Shown here piece after piece: positions 10,672-19,542 of a DNA stretch of 64,000 nt (positions are counted from its first letter, which is position 1; every line of letters starts with the position of its first letter). Origin of the DNA: an uncultured Chloroflexia bacterium (lineage in GTDB: Bacteria; Chloroflexota; Limnocylindria; Limnocylindrales; CSP1-4); assembly GCA_963814315.1 (NCBI GenBank), contig CAWFCG010000001.1, positions 3,687 through 67,686 of the forward strand, read 5' to 3'. The position numbers and the translations under genes were made by a program. The notes beneath the pieces were generated by a model. The model did no database searches, was not told the origin of the DNA, and saw only the letters and a list, made by a program, of their open reading frames with translations.

Positions 10672-11523
10672 TCACCCCTTGGTAGCTCCGACGAAGGCGC
10701 CGCTGACGAACTGCCGCTGCAGTGCCACGAAGAGGATCAGCACCGGCGCCAGGGCGATGAGCGAGGCCGCGAAGACGAGGCCCCATTCGGTCGACTGGGC
10801 TCGCTGCAGCATACGGATGCCGATGGGCAGCGTGTAGAGCTCCTTGTCGGCGAGGATGGTGATGGCCCAGGTGAACTCGTCCCAGGCGGCCAGCCAGCTG
10901 AAGATGGTGACCGTGGCGAGGCCAGGCTTCGAGAGTGGCAGCGCGATGGACCTGAACGCGCGCCAAGGCCCGGCCCCGTCCACCGCGGCCGCGTCGAACA
11001 GCTCCTGCGGCATGGCCGAGTAGAAGCCACGCAAGAGGAAGGTATTCAAACCCAGGTTCATCACCGAGTAGACCACGATGAGCCCCCACAGGCTGTTGAG
11101 CAGCCCCAGGTCGCGAGCCAGGATGAATTGCGGGATCAGCAGCAGCATGCCCGGCACCATCATGGTGAACAGCAGCAGCGCGAAGAGGATGCGCCGACCG
11201 GGGAAGCGGTACCGGGCAAAGGCGAAGCCGAGCATGGCCGAGAGCGACACGGAGATGGCCGTGCTGGTCGCGGTCACCACCACGCTGTTGACGAAGTACC
11301 GTGCGAAGTCGCCACTCGACCAGGCACGCGTGAAGTTGTCCAGCGTTGGCGCCTCGGGGATGAGCTGCGGCGGGATCTCAAGCACATAGGCGTGCGGCTT
11401 GAAGGCAGTGCTGACCATCAGGGCGAAGGGCGCGATCATGATGAGCCCGAAGGCCAGCGCCAAGCTGAACGAGATCCAGCGCTGGATCCTGACCCTTCGG
11501 TAGCCGCTGATCACGACCCGTCC
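10672..11523 (-). CDS. Carbohydrate ABC transporter permease (MalG-like)
   Basis: Six-TM profile with an EAA-like loop. Start placed at the internal GTG (VISGYRRV) next to the upstream permease stop. Confidence 0.7.
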   Translation of the reverse strand, partial: GRVVISGYRRVRIQRWISFSLALAFGLIMIAPFALMVSTAFKPHAYVLEIPPQLIPEAPTLDNFTRAWSSGDFARYFVNSVVVTATSTAISVSLSAMLGFAFARYRFPGRRILFALLLFTMMVPGMLLLIPQFILARDLGLLNSLWGLIVVYSVMNLGLNTFLLRGFYSAMPQELFDAAAVDGAGPWRAFRSIALPLSKPGLATVTIFSWLAAWDEFTWAITILADKELYTLPIGIRMLQRAQSTEWGLVFAASLIALAPVLILFVALQRQFVSGAFVGATKG

Positions 11524-12491
11524 TGCTGTCTCGCGAAACGGAACTCGATGACGCTGATGGCCGCGACGACGGCCGCGACCATGAACGACAGCGCCGCACC
11601 GTAGGCCAGGTCGATCTCCTGGAACGCCTGCTTCCACGTATAGGTGAGCACGACATCGGTGCTGTTGAGCGGCCCGCCAAGCTGGCCCACGGCCGCGGTG
11701 GACATGACGAAGATGCTGATGAAGGCCGAGAAGCCGCCGATGGTCAGGACGATGAGCAAGAACGTCGTCGTGGCGCGCAGGAACGGCAGCGTCACGTTGC
11801 GGAATCGCGCCCAGACACCGGCGCCGTCCATGGCGGCCGCCTCATGCAACTCCACCGGCACGCCCTGCAAACCCGCGAGGTAGACCACCATGGTCCAGCC
11901 GATGCCCTTCCAGACCCCGAGGATGGCGATGGCCCAGAGCGCGGTGGCCGGCTCTGCCAGCCAGGCGATGTTCTTGTCGATGATCCCCAGGACATCCTTG
12001 AGGAACCAGTTGAGCACGCCCGACTGGCCGTTGTAGAGCCAGACGAAGATGAGCGACACGATGACCCAGCTGCTGATGACGGGCAGGTAGTAGACGAGCC
12101 GGAAGACCGACCGACCATGGATCTTCTCGTTAAGCAGGAGCGCCGCGCCCAGACCCAGCACCAGCTGTCCGGCCACCGTCACGACCGTGTATCCCACGGT
12201 CGCGCCGAGCGAGCGCCAGAAGAGCGGATCACCCAGGGCCCGGGCGTAGTTGTCGAGCCCGACGAACGACGTCTCCCCGCGGAGCTTCCAGTCGGTGAAG
12301 CTCATGACGAAGGACTTCAGGATGGGGAAGGCGGCCCACATGGCGAACAGCAGCAGCCCCGGCAGGATGAGGCCATAGATGGGGAGCAGCCGCCGAAGGC
12401 GACTGCTCCAGGGTTCCACGAGCACGGTGCCCGCGGGCAGGGAATCGGGCCGCCGCCCGAATAGCGCGACGGTGCGGCGGCCCATCCCCAT
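11511..12491 (-). CDS. Carbohydrate ABC transporter permease (MalF-like)
   Basis: 326 aa multi-TM protein with the conserved permease segment AAMDGAGVWARFRNVTLPFL (EAA motif). Confidence 0.75.
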   Translation of the reverse strand: MGMGRRTVALFGRRPDSLPAGTVLVEPWSSRLRRLLPIYGLILPGLLLFAMWAAFPILKSFVMSFTDWKLRGETSFVGLDNYARALGDPLFWRSLGATVGYTVVTVAGQLVLGLGAALLLNEKIHGRSVFRLVYYLPVISSWVIVSLIFVWLYNGQSGVLNWFLKDVLGIIDKNIAWLAEPATALWAIAILGVWKGIGWTMVVYLAGLQGVPVELHEAAAMDGAGVWARFRNVTLPFLRATTTFLLIVLTIGGFSAFISIFVMSTAAVGQLGGPLNSTDVVLTYTWKQAFQEIDLAYGAALSFMVAAVVAAISVIEFRFARQQDGS

Positions 12492-12521
12492 GTCGTTCGA
12501 GAGGTTCCCGAGGCGGGGTGG

Positions 12522-13805
12522 CTACTGGGCCAGCAGGCCGTCGACGATGCCAGCAGCCTCGTCGAGCGCAGCCTGGACCTCCATGTCACCGCGCAACGCC
12601 TTCAGCACGGCGTTGCCGATGGCCTCATCGATCTTGGGCCAGGACGGCACCGGCGTTCGGGCATTGGCCGTCTGGAGCTGCTGCATGAAGGTGGGATAGT
12701 AGTCGGGCAGATCGGGGTTTCCGACCAAGCTCGACAAGACCGGCATCTGGCCGACCTTGCCCATGGCCAGCTGCGACTCCTCCGACAGCATGTGACGCAC
12801 GAAGGCGAGCGACGCGTCCTTGTTCTCGGTCGTGTTGAAGACGACGATGTCCTCGCCACCGACCACCGACTGGCTGCCGGCCGGACCGGCGGGCACAGGC
12901 GTGAAGCTGAAGCTGAGATCGGGGAACTGGTTGGCGAAGATGCCCGGCATCCATGGACCTTCGAGGACCGTGGCGGTCTGGCCGTTGCCGAACTGGTCGG
13001 AGGTGTTGGTGCCACCACCAAGGATGCTGGGAGACAGGTAGCCCTTGTCAAGCCAGTCCTTGAGCATCGTCACAGCCGCGACCGAGCCCTCACCGTTGAG
13101 ATAGCCGCTGGCGGTGGTCAGGCCCTCGTCGGTGACCGCGCCGCCCATGGACCAGATCCAGGGCAAGACGCTCCAGGCTCCGGTGCCCCCTTCGGCGTAG
13201 CCGTAGACGCCTTCACCCATCGTGTCCGAGACCTTGGCGAGCATGGCCTCGAAGTCTTCGACCGTTGCCGGAGCCTCACTGATGCCAGCGGCTTCAAGCA
13301 CCGCGTCATTCATGAAGATGATTCGGGTGTTGGTGTCGAGTGGGAGGCCGTAGTAGTGGTCGCCCCACTTGTTGGTCGAGAGAGGACCCGGGAAGACCCC
13401 AGCCGCCAGGTCGGCGAAATCAGGCATCTCCTCGTCGAGGGCCAGGAGGGCGTCCTGGTCGGCGAACTCGGGGACCCAGATGATGTCAGCGCGCAGCACG
13501 TCCGGCAGCACGCCGCCGGCGAGGCCGGTGATGAGCTTCTGCCGCAAGTCGTCGTAGGGGATCTCCTGCGTCTCCACCGTGACATTGGGATAGGCCGCCT
13601 GGAAGGCCGGCAGCACCTCATCACGGAACGTGGTGATCTCGCTGCCATCAGCGCCATACCCGTTCCAGAAGGTGACAGTGCCTGACACCGACTCGTCGGG
13701 TGCCATGGACTCATCCTGTGCGACTGCGACGCCGCTCAATGTCAGCGCCAGCGCGGCTGGCAACGCCACGGCGGCCGCGAGCCGCCTCCGATCGGTCAGA
13801 CCCAT
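12522..13805 (-). CDS. Extracellular solute-binding protein, family 1 (carbohydrate ABC SBP)
   Basis: Signal peptide MGLTDRRRLAAAVALPAALALTLSGVAVAQ. 427 aa. Upstream of two MalFG-like permeases. Confidence 0.75.
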   Translation of the reverse strand: MGLTDRRRLAAAVALPAALALTLSGVAVAQDESMAPDESVSGTVTFWNGYGADGSEITTFRDEVLPAFQAAYPNVTVETQEIPYDDLRQKLITGLAGGVLPDVLRADIIWVPEFADQDALLALDEEMPDFADLAAGVFPGPLSTNKWGDHYYGLPLDTNTRIIFMNDAVLEAAGISEAPATVEDFEAMLAKVSDTMGEGVYGYAEGGTGAWSVLPWIWSMGGAVTDEGLTTASGYLNGEGSVAAVTMLKDWLDKGYLSPSILGGGTNTSDQFGNGQTATVLEGPWMPGIFANQFPDLSFSFTPVPAGPAGSQSVVGGEDIVVFNTTENKDASLAFVRHMLSEESQLAMGKVGQMPVLSSLVGNPDLPDYYPTFMQQLQTANARTPVPSWPKIDEAIGNAVLKALRGDMEVQAALDEAAGIVDGLLAQ

Positions 13806-13824
13806 GATCGTGTTCCTCCTTGGC

Positions 13825-15066
13825 CTACGAGGCCCGTGCGGTTGAGGGTTCGCCCCTCAGCGTGGTCGACGTCCCGGCGGGATGTCGATCGTCACGCAGA
13901 TGAGCCGGAGTGAAGAGCTCACGCAGGACCAGGCTGGCCGCTCCGCGTGCCCATGCTTCGTCGCCCCAGGGCTCGAAGACGAGATCTGGCTCGGCATCAG
14001 GCATGAGGCTATGGAGGACTCCGTCACGGAGTCCGTCGAGGTAGTGGTGTCCCAGTCGTACGCCTTCACCGGAGACGACGACGCACTGGGGGTCGAACAG
14101 CGTGATGGCGGCGCCCACGGAGCGACCCACCAACCCGCCGGCAGCACGCAGGATTCGGGCGACGCGCTCATCATCCTCGGCAAGTCCTGCCACTTCAGCC
14201 GGTGAGACCAGGCGACCGATGACGGCCAGCACGTCGCGAACGATGGCCGGTTCCGCCGCTTCCGCTTCCAGGCAGCCGCGCTTGCCGCACCAGCACTCGC
14301 GACCATCGGGCACGGCTTCGGTATGGCCGATCTCGCCCAGCGCCCCCCGAGCGCCACGGACGATGGCGCCGTCGACGACCGCACCCATACCGATGCCACG
14401 GCCGACCGAGATGACAAGGAGATGGTCGAGGCCTCGCCCCGCACCGTAGAGGTGCTCGGCGACGGTCAGCGTATTCACATCGTTGTCGATGAGGACCGGA
14501 ACGCCCAGCCGTTCACCGAGCGTCCCCGCCAGGCCCGAGCCGATCCATTCGGGCAGCGGGGTTCGCACCACGTCGCCACTGGCGGGGTCGACCGCGCCCG
14601 GCATGCCGATGCCGATGCCCAGTGGCTCCTCCCCTGACAGGCCCGCCTGGGCGAGCAGCGTGTCGAGAGCGGATGTGAAGAGATCGGCGACCTCGTCGAG
14701 CGTGGCGTGGGCGCCATGTGGCAGCGTCACCATGCCCAGTGGCTCGGCATCGAGGTCGGTGACGGTCACGGTGAGCGACTCGGGGGCCAGCTTCACACCA
14801 ACCACATGGCGAGCCGCTGGGTCGACGCGCAAGCGAGTCGCCGGGCGGCCCACGATACCGCTGCGATCGCGACCCCTCGCCTCCGGGCCCTCCTCTACCA
14901 GCAGCGCATCGGCAAGCAACGCGCCAGTGATGGAGGTGACTGTCGATGGGCTCAGCCCGGTGATCCGCGCGATGTCAGCGCGTGAGATGGCGCGGCGCTC
15001 GCGAACAAGGTTCAACACGAGGGCTCGATTGAGGTCGCGGATCAGCCCACCGCCTCCTGTCCTCAT
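13825..15066 (-). CDS. ROK-family transcriptional regulator
   Basis: N-terminal wHTH (LNRALVLNLVRERRAISRADIARITGLSPSTV) followed by a ROK sugar-kinase-like domain with zinc motif HTEAVPDGRECWCGKRGCLEAEA. Confidence 0.8.
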   Translation of the reverse strand: MRTGGGGLIRDLNRALVLNLVRERRAISRADIARITGLSPSTVTSITGALLADALLVEEGPEARGRDRSGIVGRPATRLRVDPAARHVVGVKLAPESLTVTVTDLDAEPLGMVTLPHGAHATLDEVADLFTSALDTLLAQAGLSGEEPLGIGIGMPGAVDPASGDVVRTPLPEWIGSGLAGTLGERLGVPVLIDNDVNTLTVAEHLYGAGRGLDHLLVISVGRGIGMGAVVDGAIVRGARGALGEIGHTEAVPDGRECWCGKRGCLEAEAAEPAIVRDVLAVIGRLVSPAEVAGLAEDDERVARILRAAGGLVGRSVGAAITLFDPQCVVVSGEGVRLGHHYLDGLRDGVLHSLMPDAEPDLVFEPWGDEAWARGAASLVLRELFTPAHLRDDRHPAGTSTTLRGEPSTARAS

Positions 15067-15202
15067 CAGTCGTGCGCTCCCTCCGCCTTCATTCGCTCGC
15101 CGAACGAACTAACCATAGCAGACTCGGCAAGCGGGCACCATGGCGTTCTTCCGTTGGCGTCTTCCGTTGACGTCGGCGCCGGCCGGGGTAGACTCACGCG
15201 GC

Positions 15203-16150
15203 ATGTCTCTCGTCGCCCTCGACGGCCTCACCAAGCGGTATCCCGGAGTCACCGCTCTCGACGGTCTCACGCTGACCATCGAGCCCGGCATCATCGGCCT
15301 CGTGGGCGCCAACGGTGCCGGCAAGTCCACGCTCATCAAGATCCTGCTGGGGCTGCTCGATGCCAGTGGCGGCAGAGCCAGCGTGCTCGATCTCGACATC
15401 AAGACCCAGGGCCTGGCCATCCGTCAGCTGGTCGGCTACATGCCCGAGCATGACTGCCTGCCGGGCGACATCAGCGCCAGCGACTTCGTCAACCACATGG
15501 CACGCATGAGCGGCCTGCCGCGGGCATCGGCTCGTGAGCGCACCGCGGAGGTGCTGCGGCATGTGGGCCTGTTCGAAGAGCGCTACCGACCCATGGGCGG
15601 CTACTCCACAGGCATGAAGCAACGCGTGAAGCTGGCCCAGGCGCTGGTGCATGACCCTCGCCTGCTGCTGCTGGACGAGCCCACCAACGGCCTCGATCCG
15701 GCGGGCCGAGAGGAGATGCTCGACCTCATCGAACGGACCGGGACGGTCTTCGGCATCGCCATCATCATGGCCAGCCACCTGTTGGGCGAAATCGAACGTG
15801 TCTCCGACTACCTGGTGGCCATCGATGGCGGCAAGCTGCTGCAGGCAGCGGCACTCGGCACCTTCACGCAGCACACCGGCACCCTCGTAGTGGAGGTGGA
15901 CGAACGGCCCGCCGACCTGGCCGCGCGCCTCCATGCTGCGGGTTACGTGGTTCGCGTGGACGGTTCCTTGGTCCTGGTGGTGATCCGTGGCGATGACACC
16001 TACGACCACGTCCGAGACAGCGTGGCCGACCTGGGCCTGGCACTCATCCGCGTGGAGCCGCGACGGGCCAGCCTGGAGGACCTCTTCCGCGACGAGTCGC
16101 CGATAGCGGAGTCGCCCGTCGCGCCGTCGCCCGCAGGGACGGAGTCATGA
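15203..16150 (+). CDS. ABC transporter ATP-binding protein
   Basis: Walker A GANGAGKST, signature YSTGMKQR, Walker B LLLDEPTNGLD. ATG at 15203 chosen (MSLVALDGLTKRY). Confidence 0.8.
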   Translation: MSLVALDGLTKRYPGVTALDGLTLTIEPGIIGLVGANGAGKSTLIKILLGLLDASGGRASVLDLDIKTQGLAIRQLVGYMPEHDCLPGDISASDFVNHMARMSGLPRASARERTAEVLRHVGLFEERYRPMGGYSTGMKQRVKLAQALVHDPRLLLLDEPTNGLDPAGREEMLDLIERTGTVFGIAIIMASHLLGEIERVSDYLVAIDGGKLLQAAALGTFTQHTGTLVVEVDERPADLAARLHAAGYVVRVDGSLVLVVIRGDDTYDHVRDSVADLGLALIRVEPRRASLEDLFRDESPIAESPVAPSPAGTES

Positions 16151-17088
16151 CCAGCGCACCGACGGGCAGCCGCCAGGGCGCTGACCGCGGCGGCTCGATC
16201 TACGACCTGGGCTACCGCGGATATGAGGGGCCGCGGCTGGGCCGGCGCGCCGCAGTCACGGCATTGCTGACCCACACCTTGCGCACCGCCTACGGCCTGG
16301 GTCGCAATGCCCGCTCCAAGATCATGCCGGTGGGCCTGGTGCTGCTGGCGACCCTGCCAGCGCTGCTGGCGGTCGGCGTCATCGTGCTCTTCGCGCAGTT
16401 CGCCCCTGGTGGCGAGGCGTCGGGCGCCGTAGATGCCCTCTCGCCGGTGCGCTACTCGACACTCTTCCCCTTCACCGCCGTGCTGGTCTTCCTCTTCAGC
16501 GCCTCCCAGGCCCCCGAACTGTTCGGGCGCGACCAGTTGGCGGGCGTGCTGCCGCTGTACTTCTCGCGCGCCATCTCACGGTCCGACTACGCGTTGGCAC
16601 GGATGCTGGGCCTGCTCATCGCCCTGCTGGTGCTGGTGCTAGCACCCCAGCTGATCCTGTTCATCGGCCGGGTGCTGGTGGCGCCAGACGTGATGACCGG
16701 CTTGGGCGAGGAACTGCCGCAGGTGCCCACGGCGCTCGCCGTTGGACTCATCATCGCGCTGCTGGTGGGCTCACTGTCAGCTGCCATCGCCGCCATGACG
16801 CCGCGGCGCGCCTATGCGACGGTGGCCATCATCGCGGTCTTCCTCGTCCCCAACGTCTTCGCCGCGCTCCTGGTAGCACTGCGGAGCGAGCTATTGGGTC
16901 CGGCAGCCCTGCTCAGCCCGTCCGATGTGCTCGATGGCGTCAATGCCTTCCTCTTCGACGTGTCGGGCGACAACGTGACCGTCCAGCAGGCGGGTCTCGA
17001 GGGCTGGGTGTACCTCGTGGCCGCGGCTGCATGGATCATCGGCTCCCTGGCAGTCCTGCTGCGCCGTTACCAGAGGCTGGCGACGTGA
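16147..17088 (+). CDS. ABC-2 family transporter permease
   Basis: 313 aa with six predicted TM segments. ATGA overlap with the upstream ATPase. Confidence 0.65.
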   Translation: MTSAPTGSRQGADRGGSIYDLGYRGYEGPRLGRRAAVTALLTHTLRTAYGLGRNARSKIMPVGLVLLATLPALLAVGVIVLFAQFAPGGEASGAVDALSPVRYSTLFPFTAVLVFLFSASQAPELFGRDQLAGVLPLYFSRAISRSDYALARMLGLLIALLVLVLAPQLILFIGRVLVAPDVMTGLGEELPQVPTALAVGLIIALLVGSLSAAIAAMTPRRAYATVAIIAVFLVPNVFAALLVALRSELLGPAALLSPSDVLDGVNAFLFDVSGDNVTVQQAGLEGWVYLVAAAAWIIGSLAVLLRRYQRLAT

Positions 17089-18749
17089 CCGCGCAGTCGC
17101 GCGCCGAGACGGCAGCGCCGGCCATCGCCGTCGAGCATGTCTCGCGCTGGTACGGCAACGTCGTGGCCGTCAACGACATCAGCTTCGAGGTAGCACCTGG
17201 CGTAACCGGGCTACTGGGGCCCAACGGTGCCGGCAAGACGACGCTGCTGCACATGATCGCGGGGCTGCTGGCACCGTCCGCCGGACAGGTGCTCGTCGAG
17301 GGGCGATCCGCCTGGGGCCACCCCGAGATGTACCGACACGTGGGCCTGGTGCCGGAGCGCGAGATGGTCTATCCGTTCCTGACCGGCCGCGAGTTCGCCA
17401 TCGCCAACGCCCGCATGCAGGGTCTGGCCGATGCCGATGCGGCAGCCGAGCGAGCCATCGCCCTGGTCGATCTGGCCGACGCTGCCGACCGCCGCGTGGG
17501 CACCTACTCCAAGGGCATGCGCCAACGGATCAAGGTGGCCGCGGCGCTGGTCCACGACCCGCCCATCCTCATCCTCGACGAGCCCTTCAACGGCATGGAT
17601 CCCCGCCAACGCCTGCACATGTTCGAGCTGCTACGGCGCATGGCGGACCAGGGACGCACCGTGCTGCTGTCATCGCACATCCTCGAAGAGGTCGAGCGCA
17701 TGGCCGAGTCGGTCCTGGTCATCTACGCCGGGCGCCTCGCCGCGTCAGGCGACTTCCGCTCCATCCGCCGACTGATGACCGACCGACCACATGTCTTCCA
17801 CGTGCGATCGACCGATGACCGACGGCTGGCATCGGAGCTGTTGCGCCTCGATTGCGTCTTCGGCGTCGAGCTCGACGGCAAGGGTGCCACCGTACGCACC
17901 TCCGACCTGGGGGAGTTCACGCGTCGATTGCCACATATCGCACGTGGCAGCGGCATCTCGCTGCGCGAGCTGCGACCGACCGATGACTCGCTCGAAATCG
18001 GTCTTCGCCTACCTGGTGGGCCGATGATCCGCGGCATGCCGGTGGCGGCCATCACCCTGCGCAGCCTGCTCGACCGGCGGCGCTTCTGGTTGATGCTGCT
18101 GCTGGCCGCCGCGCCTGTGCTCATCACCCTGCTCGGTCGCACGTTGGGCGACGTCGGCTTCGGCCGACAGGTGTTCGACCGGCTCATCATCCAAGCGGTG
18201 CTTCCGCTCGTCGCGCTCGTCTTTGGCACTGGGGCGTTGGGCTCGGAGCTCGAAGACGGCACCATCGTCTACTTGCTGGCGAAGCCCGGTCGGCGCGCTC
18301 GGATCATGTTGGCCAAAGGCGTCGTGGCGGCCGGCCTCACCGCTTTGCTGGTGGTGCCTGCGACCCTATTGACCGGCCTCATCGTAGCCACCTATCGCGA
18401 TGACTTCATCGTCCCGACGTTTGCCTACGCGGCCGCCGTGGCAGTCGGTGGCACGGCCTACGCCCTGGGCTTCATGACGCTCAGCAGCATCACCTCGCGG
18501 GCACTATCGATCGGTCTCGGCTATGTGCTGCTGTGGGAAGGCGTGTTGGCAGGCCTGCTGCCGGGTACCCAGGCATTCTCCATCCGGCAGGCCACACTGG
18601 GCTTGGCCGATGCGCTCCAGGGTGATGATGGTGGAGGCGCGGCGCTCGACCCGACGACCTCGGTCATGGTCCTGGGGGTGGTGATCGTGGGTTCGTGGCT
18701 GCTGGGGAGCTGGCGACTTTCGCGCTACCAGCTTCGCGGCGGCGATTGA
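17085..18749 (+). CDS. Fused ABC transporter ATP-binding domain plus ABC-2 permease domain
   Basis: GTG start overlapping the upstream stop (GTGA). N-terminal half carries Walker A GPNGAGKTT, signature YSKGMRQR and Walker B ILILDEP. C-terminal ~250 aa is multi-TM. Confidence 0.75.
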   Translation: MTAQSRAETAAPAIAVEHVSRWYGNVVAVNDISFEVAPGVTGLLGPNGAGKTTLLHMIAGLLAPSAGQVLVEGRSAWGHPEMYRHVGLVPEREMVYPFLTGREFAIANARMQGLADADAAAERAIALVDLADAADRRVGTYSKGMRQRIKVAAALVHDPPILILDEPFNGMDPRQRLHMFELLRRMADQGRTVLLSSHILEEVERMAESVLVIYAGRLAASGDFRSIRRLMTDRPHVFHVRSTDDRRLASELLRLDCVFGVELDGKGATVRTSDLGEFTRRLPHIARGSGISLRELRPTDDSLEIGLRLPGGPMIRGMPVAAITLRSLLDRRRFWLMLLLAAAPVLITLLGRTLGDVGFGRQVFDRLIIQAVLPLVALVFGTGALGSELEDGTIVYLLAKPGRRARIMLAKGVVAAGLTALLVVPATLLTGLIVATYRDDFIVPTFAYAAAVAVGGTAYALGFMTLSSITSRALSIGLGYVLLWEGVLAGLLPGTQAFSIRQATLGLADALQGDDGGGAALDPTTSVMVLGVVIVGSWLLGSWRLSRYQLRGGD

Positions 18750-18806
18750 GCAGTCGGCGACACGGACGGCGGCTGGGCGGACGGAACGGCATAATCTGAA
18801 GTCACC

Positions 18807-19277
18807 ATGACCCAGACGGATCCGACCCCCGCTGCTGCTGCATCCGCCGGCCCAGTGTCGATGCTCACCTGCGCTGCCTGCGGCAAGAAGAACAAGATCC
18901 GGCCGGCCGAACGAGGGGCTCCGCATTGTGGCTCCTGTGGGGCAGCGTTGCCGTGGCTGGTCAACGCGACCGATGCCACGTTCGTCTATGAGGCGCGCTC
19001 CTCGGTAGCCATCCTGGTCGACCTGTGGGCACCATGGTGCGGGCCTTGTCGCGTCATCGGGCCGATGCTGGAGAACCTCTCGAAGGAATATGCCGGCCGC
19101 ATCAAGGTGGTCAAGGTCAACGTGGATGAGAACCCGGCGCTGGCGCAGCAGTTCGGAGCCAGCAGCATCCCCACCATGATCGTCATCAAGGGCGACCGCG
19201 TGGTCGACCGCATCGTGGGTGCGCTGCCGATGAACGACCTGAAGATGCGGCTCTTCCCGTACCTGATGAAGACCTAG
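18807..19277 (+). CDS. trxC: Thioredoxin with N-terminal zinc-finger extension (Trx2/TrxC-type)
   Basis: Active site WAPWCGPCR; N-terminal CAACGKK...HCGSCG double CxxC zinc finger. Confidence 0.8.
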   Translation: MTQTDPTPAAAASAGPVSMLTCAACGKKNKIRPAERGAPHCGSCGAALPWLVNATDATFVYEARSSVAILVDLWAPWCGPCRVIGPMLENLSKEYAGRIKVVKVNVDENPALAQQFGASSIPTMIVIKGDRVVDRIVGALPMNDLKMRLFPYLMKT

Positions 19278-19390
19278 GCTCAGCTGGCCCCAGGACACGG
19301 ACCGGCCTCCTCAGGCCCGGTGCTGCGGCGGCCAGGCCTGCCATTCCCGCGTGGCGGGACAACGCGACCGGTCGCACGCCGATCGAGCTG

Positions 19391-19415
19391 CTTCCTCCCG
19401 TACTTCGGGAGGAAG
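19391..19415. terminator. Perfect 10-bp stem / 5-nt loop hairpin between convergent genes (bidirectional terminator candidate)
   Basis: CTTCCTCCCG-tactt-CGGGAGGAAG, read directly from the sequence. Lies 114 nt after the trx stop. No U-tract. Confidence 0.45.
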
Positions 19416-19542
19416 TGTCACCGGCGCCCGTGACGCGGGAAGGGCCTGCGGATCGGCCGTCGGGCAGGTCAGGCTGTCCCGCGCAACGGGAACGTGCCAG
19501 CCAGCGCCATGGGAAGGCGCCAGGGCATCGCTGGCCCGATGA

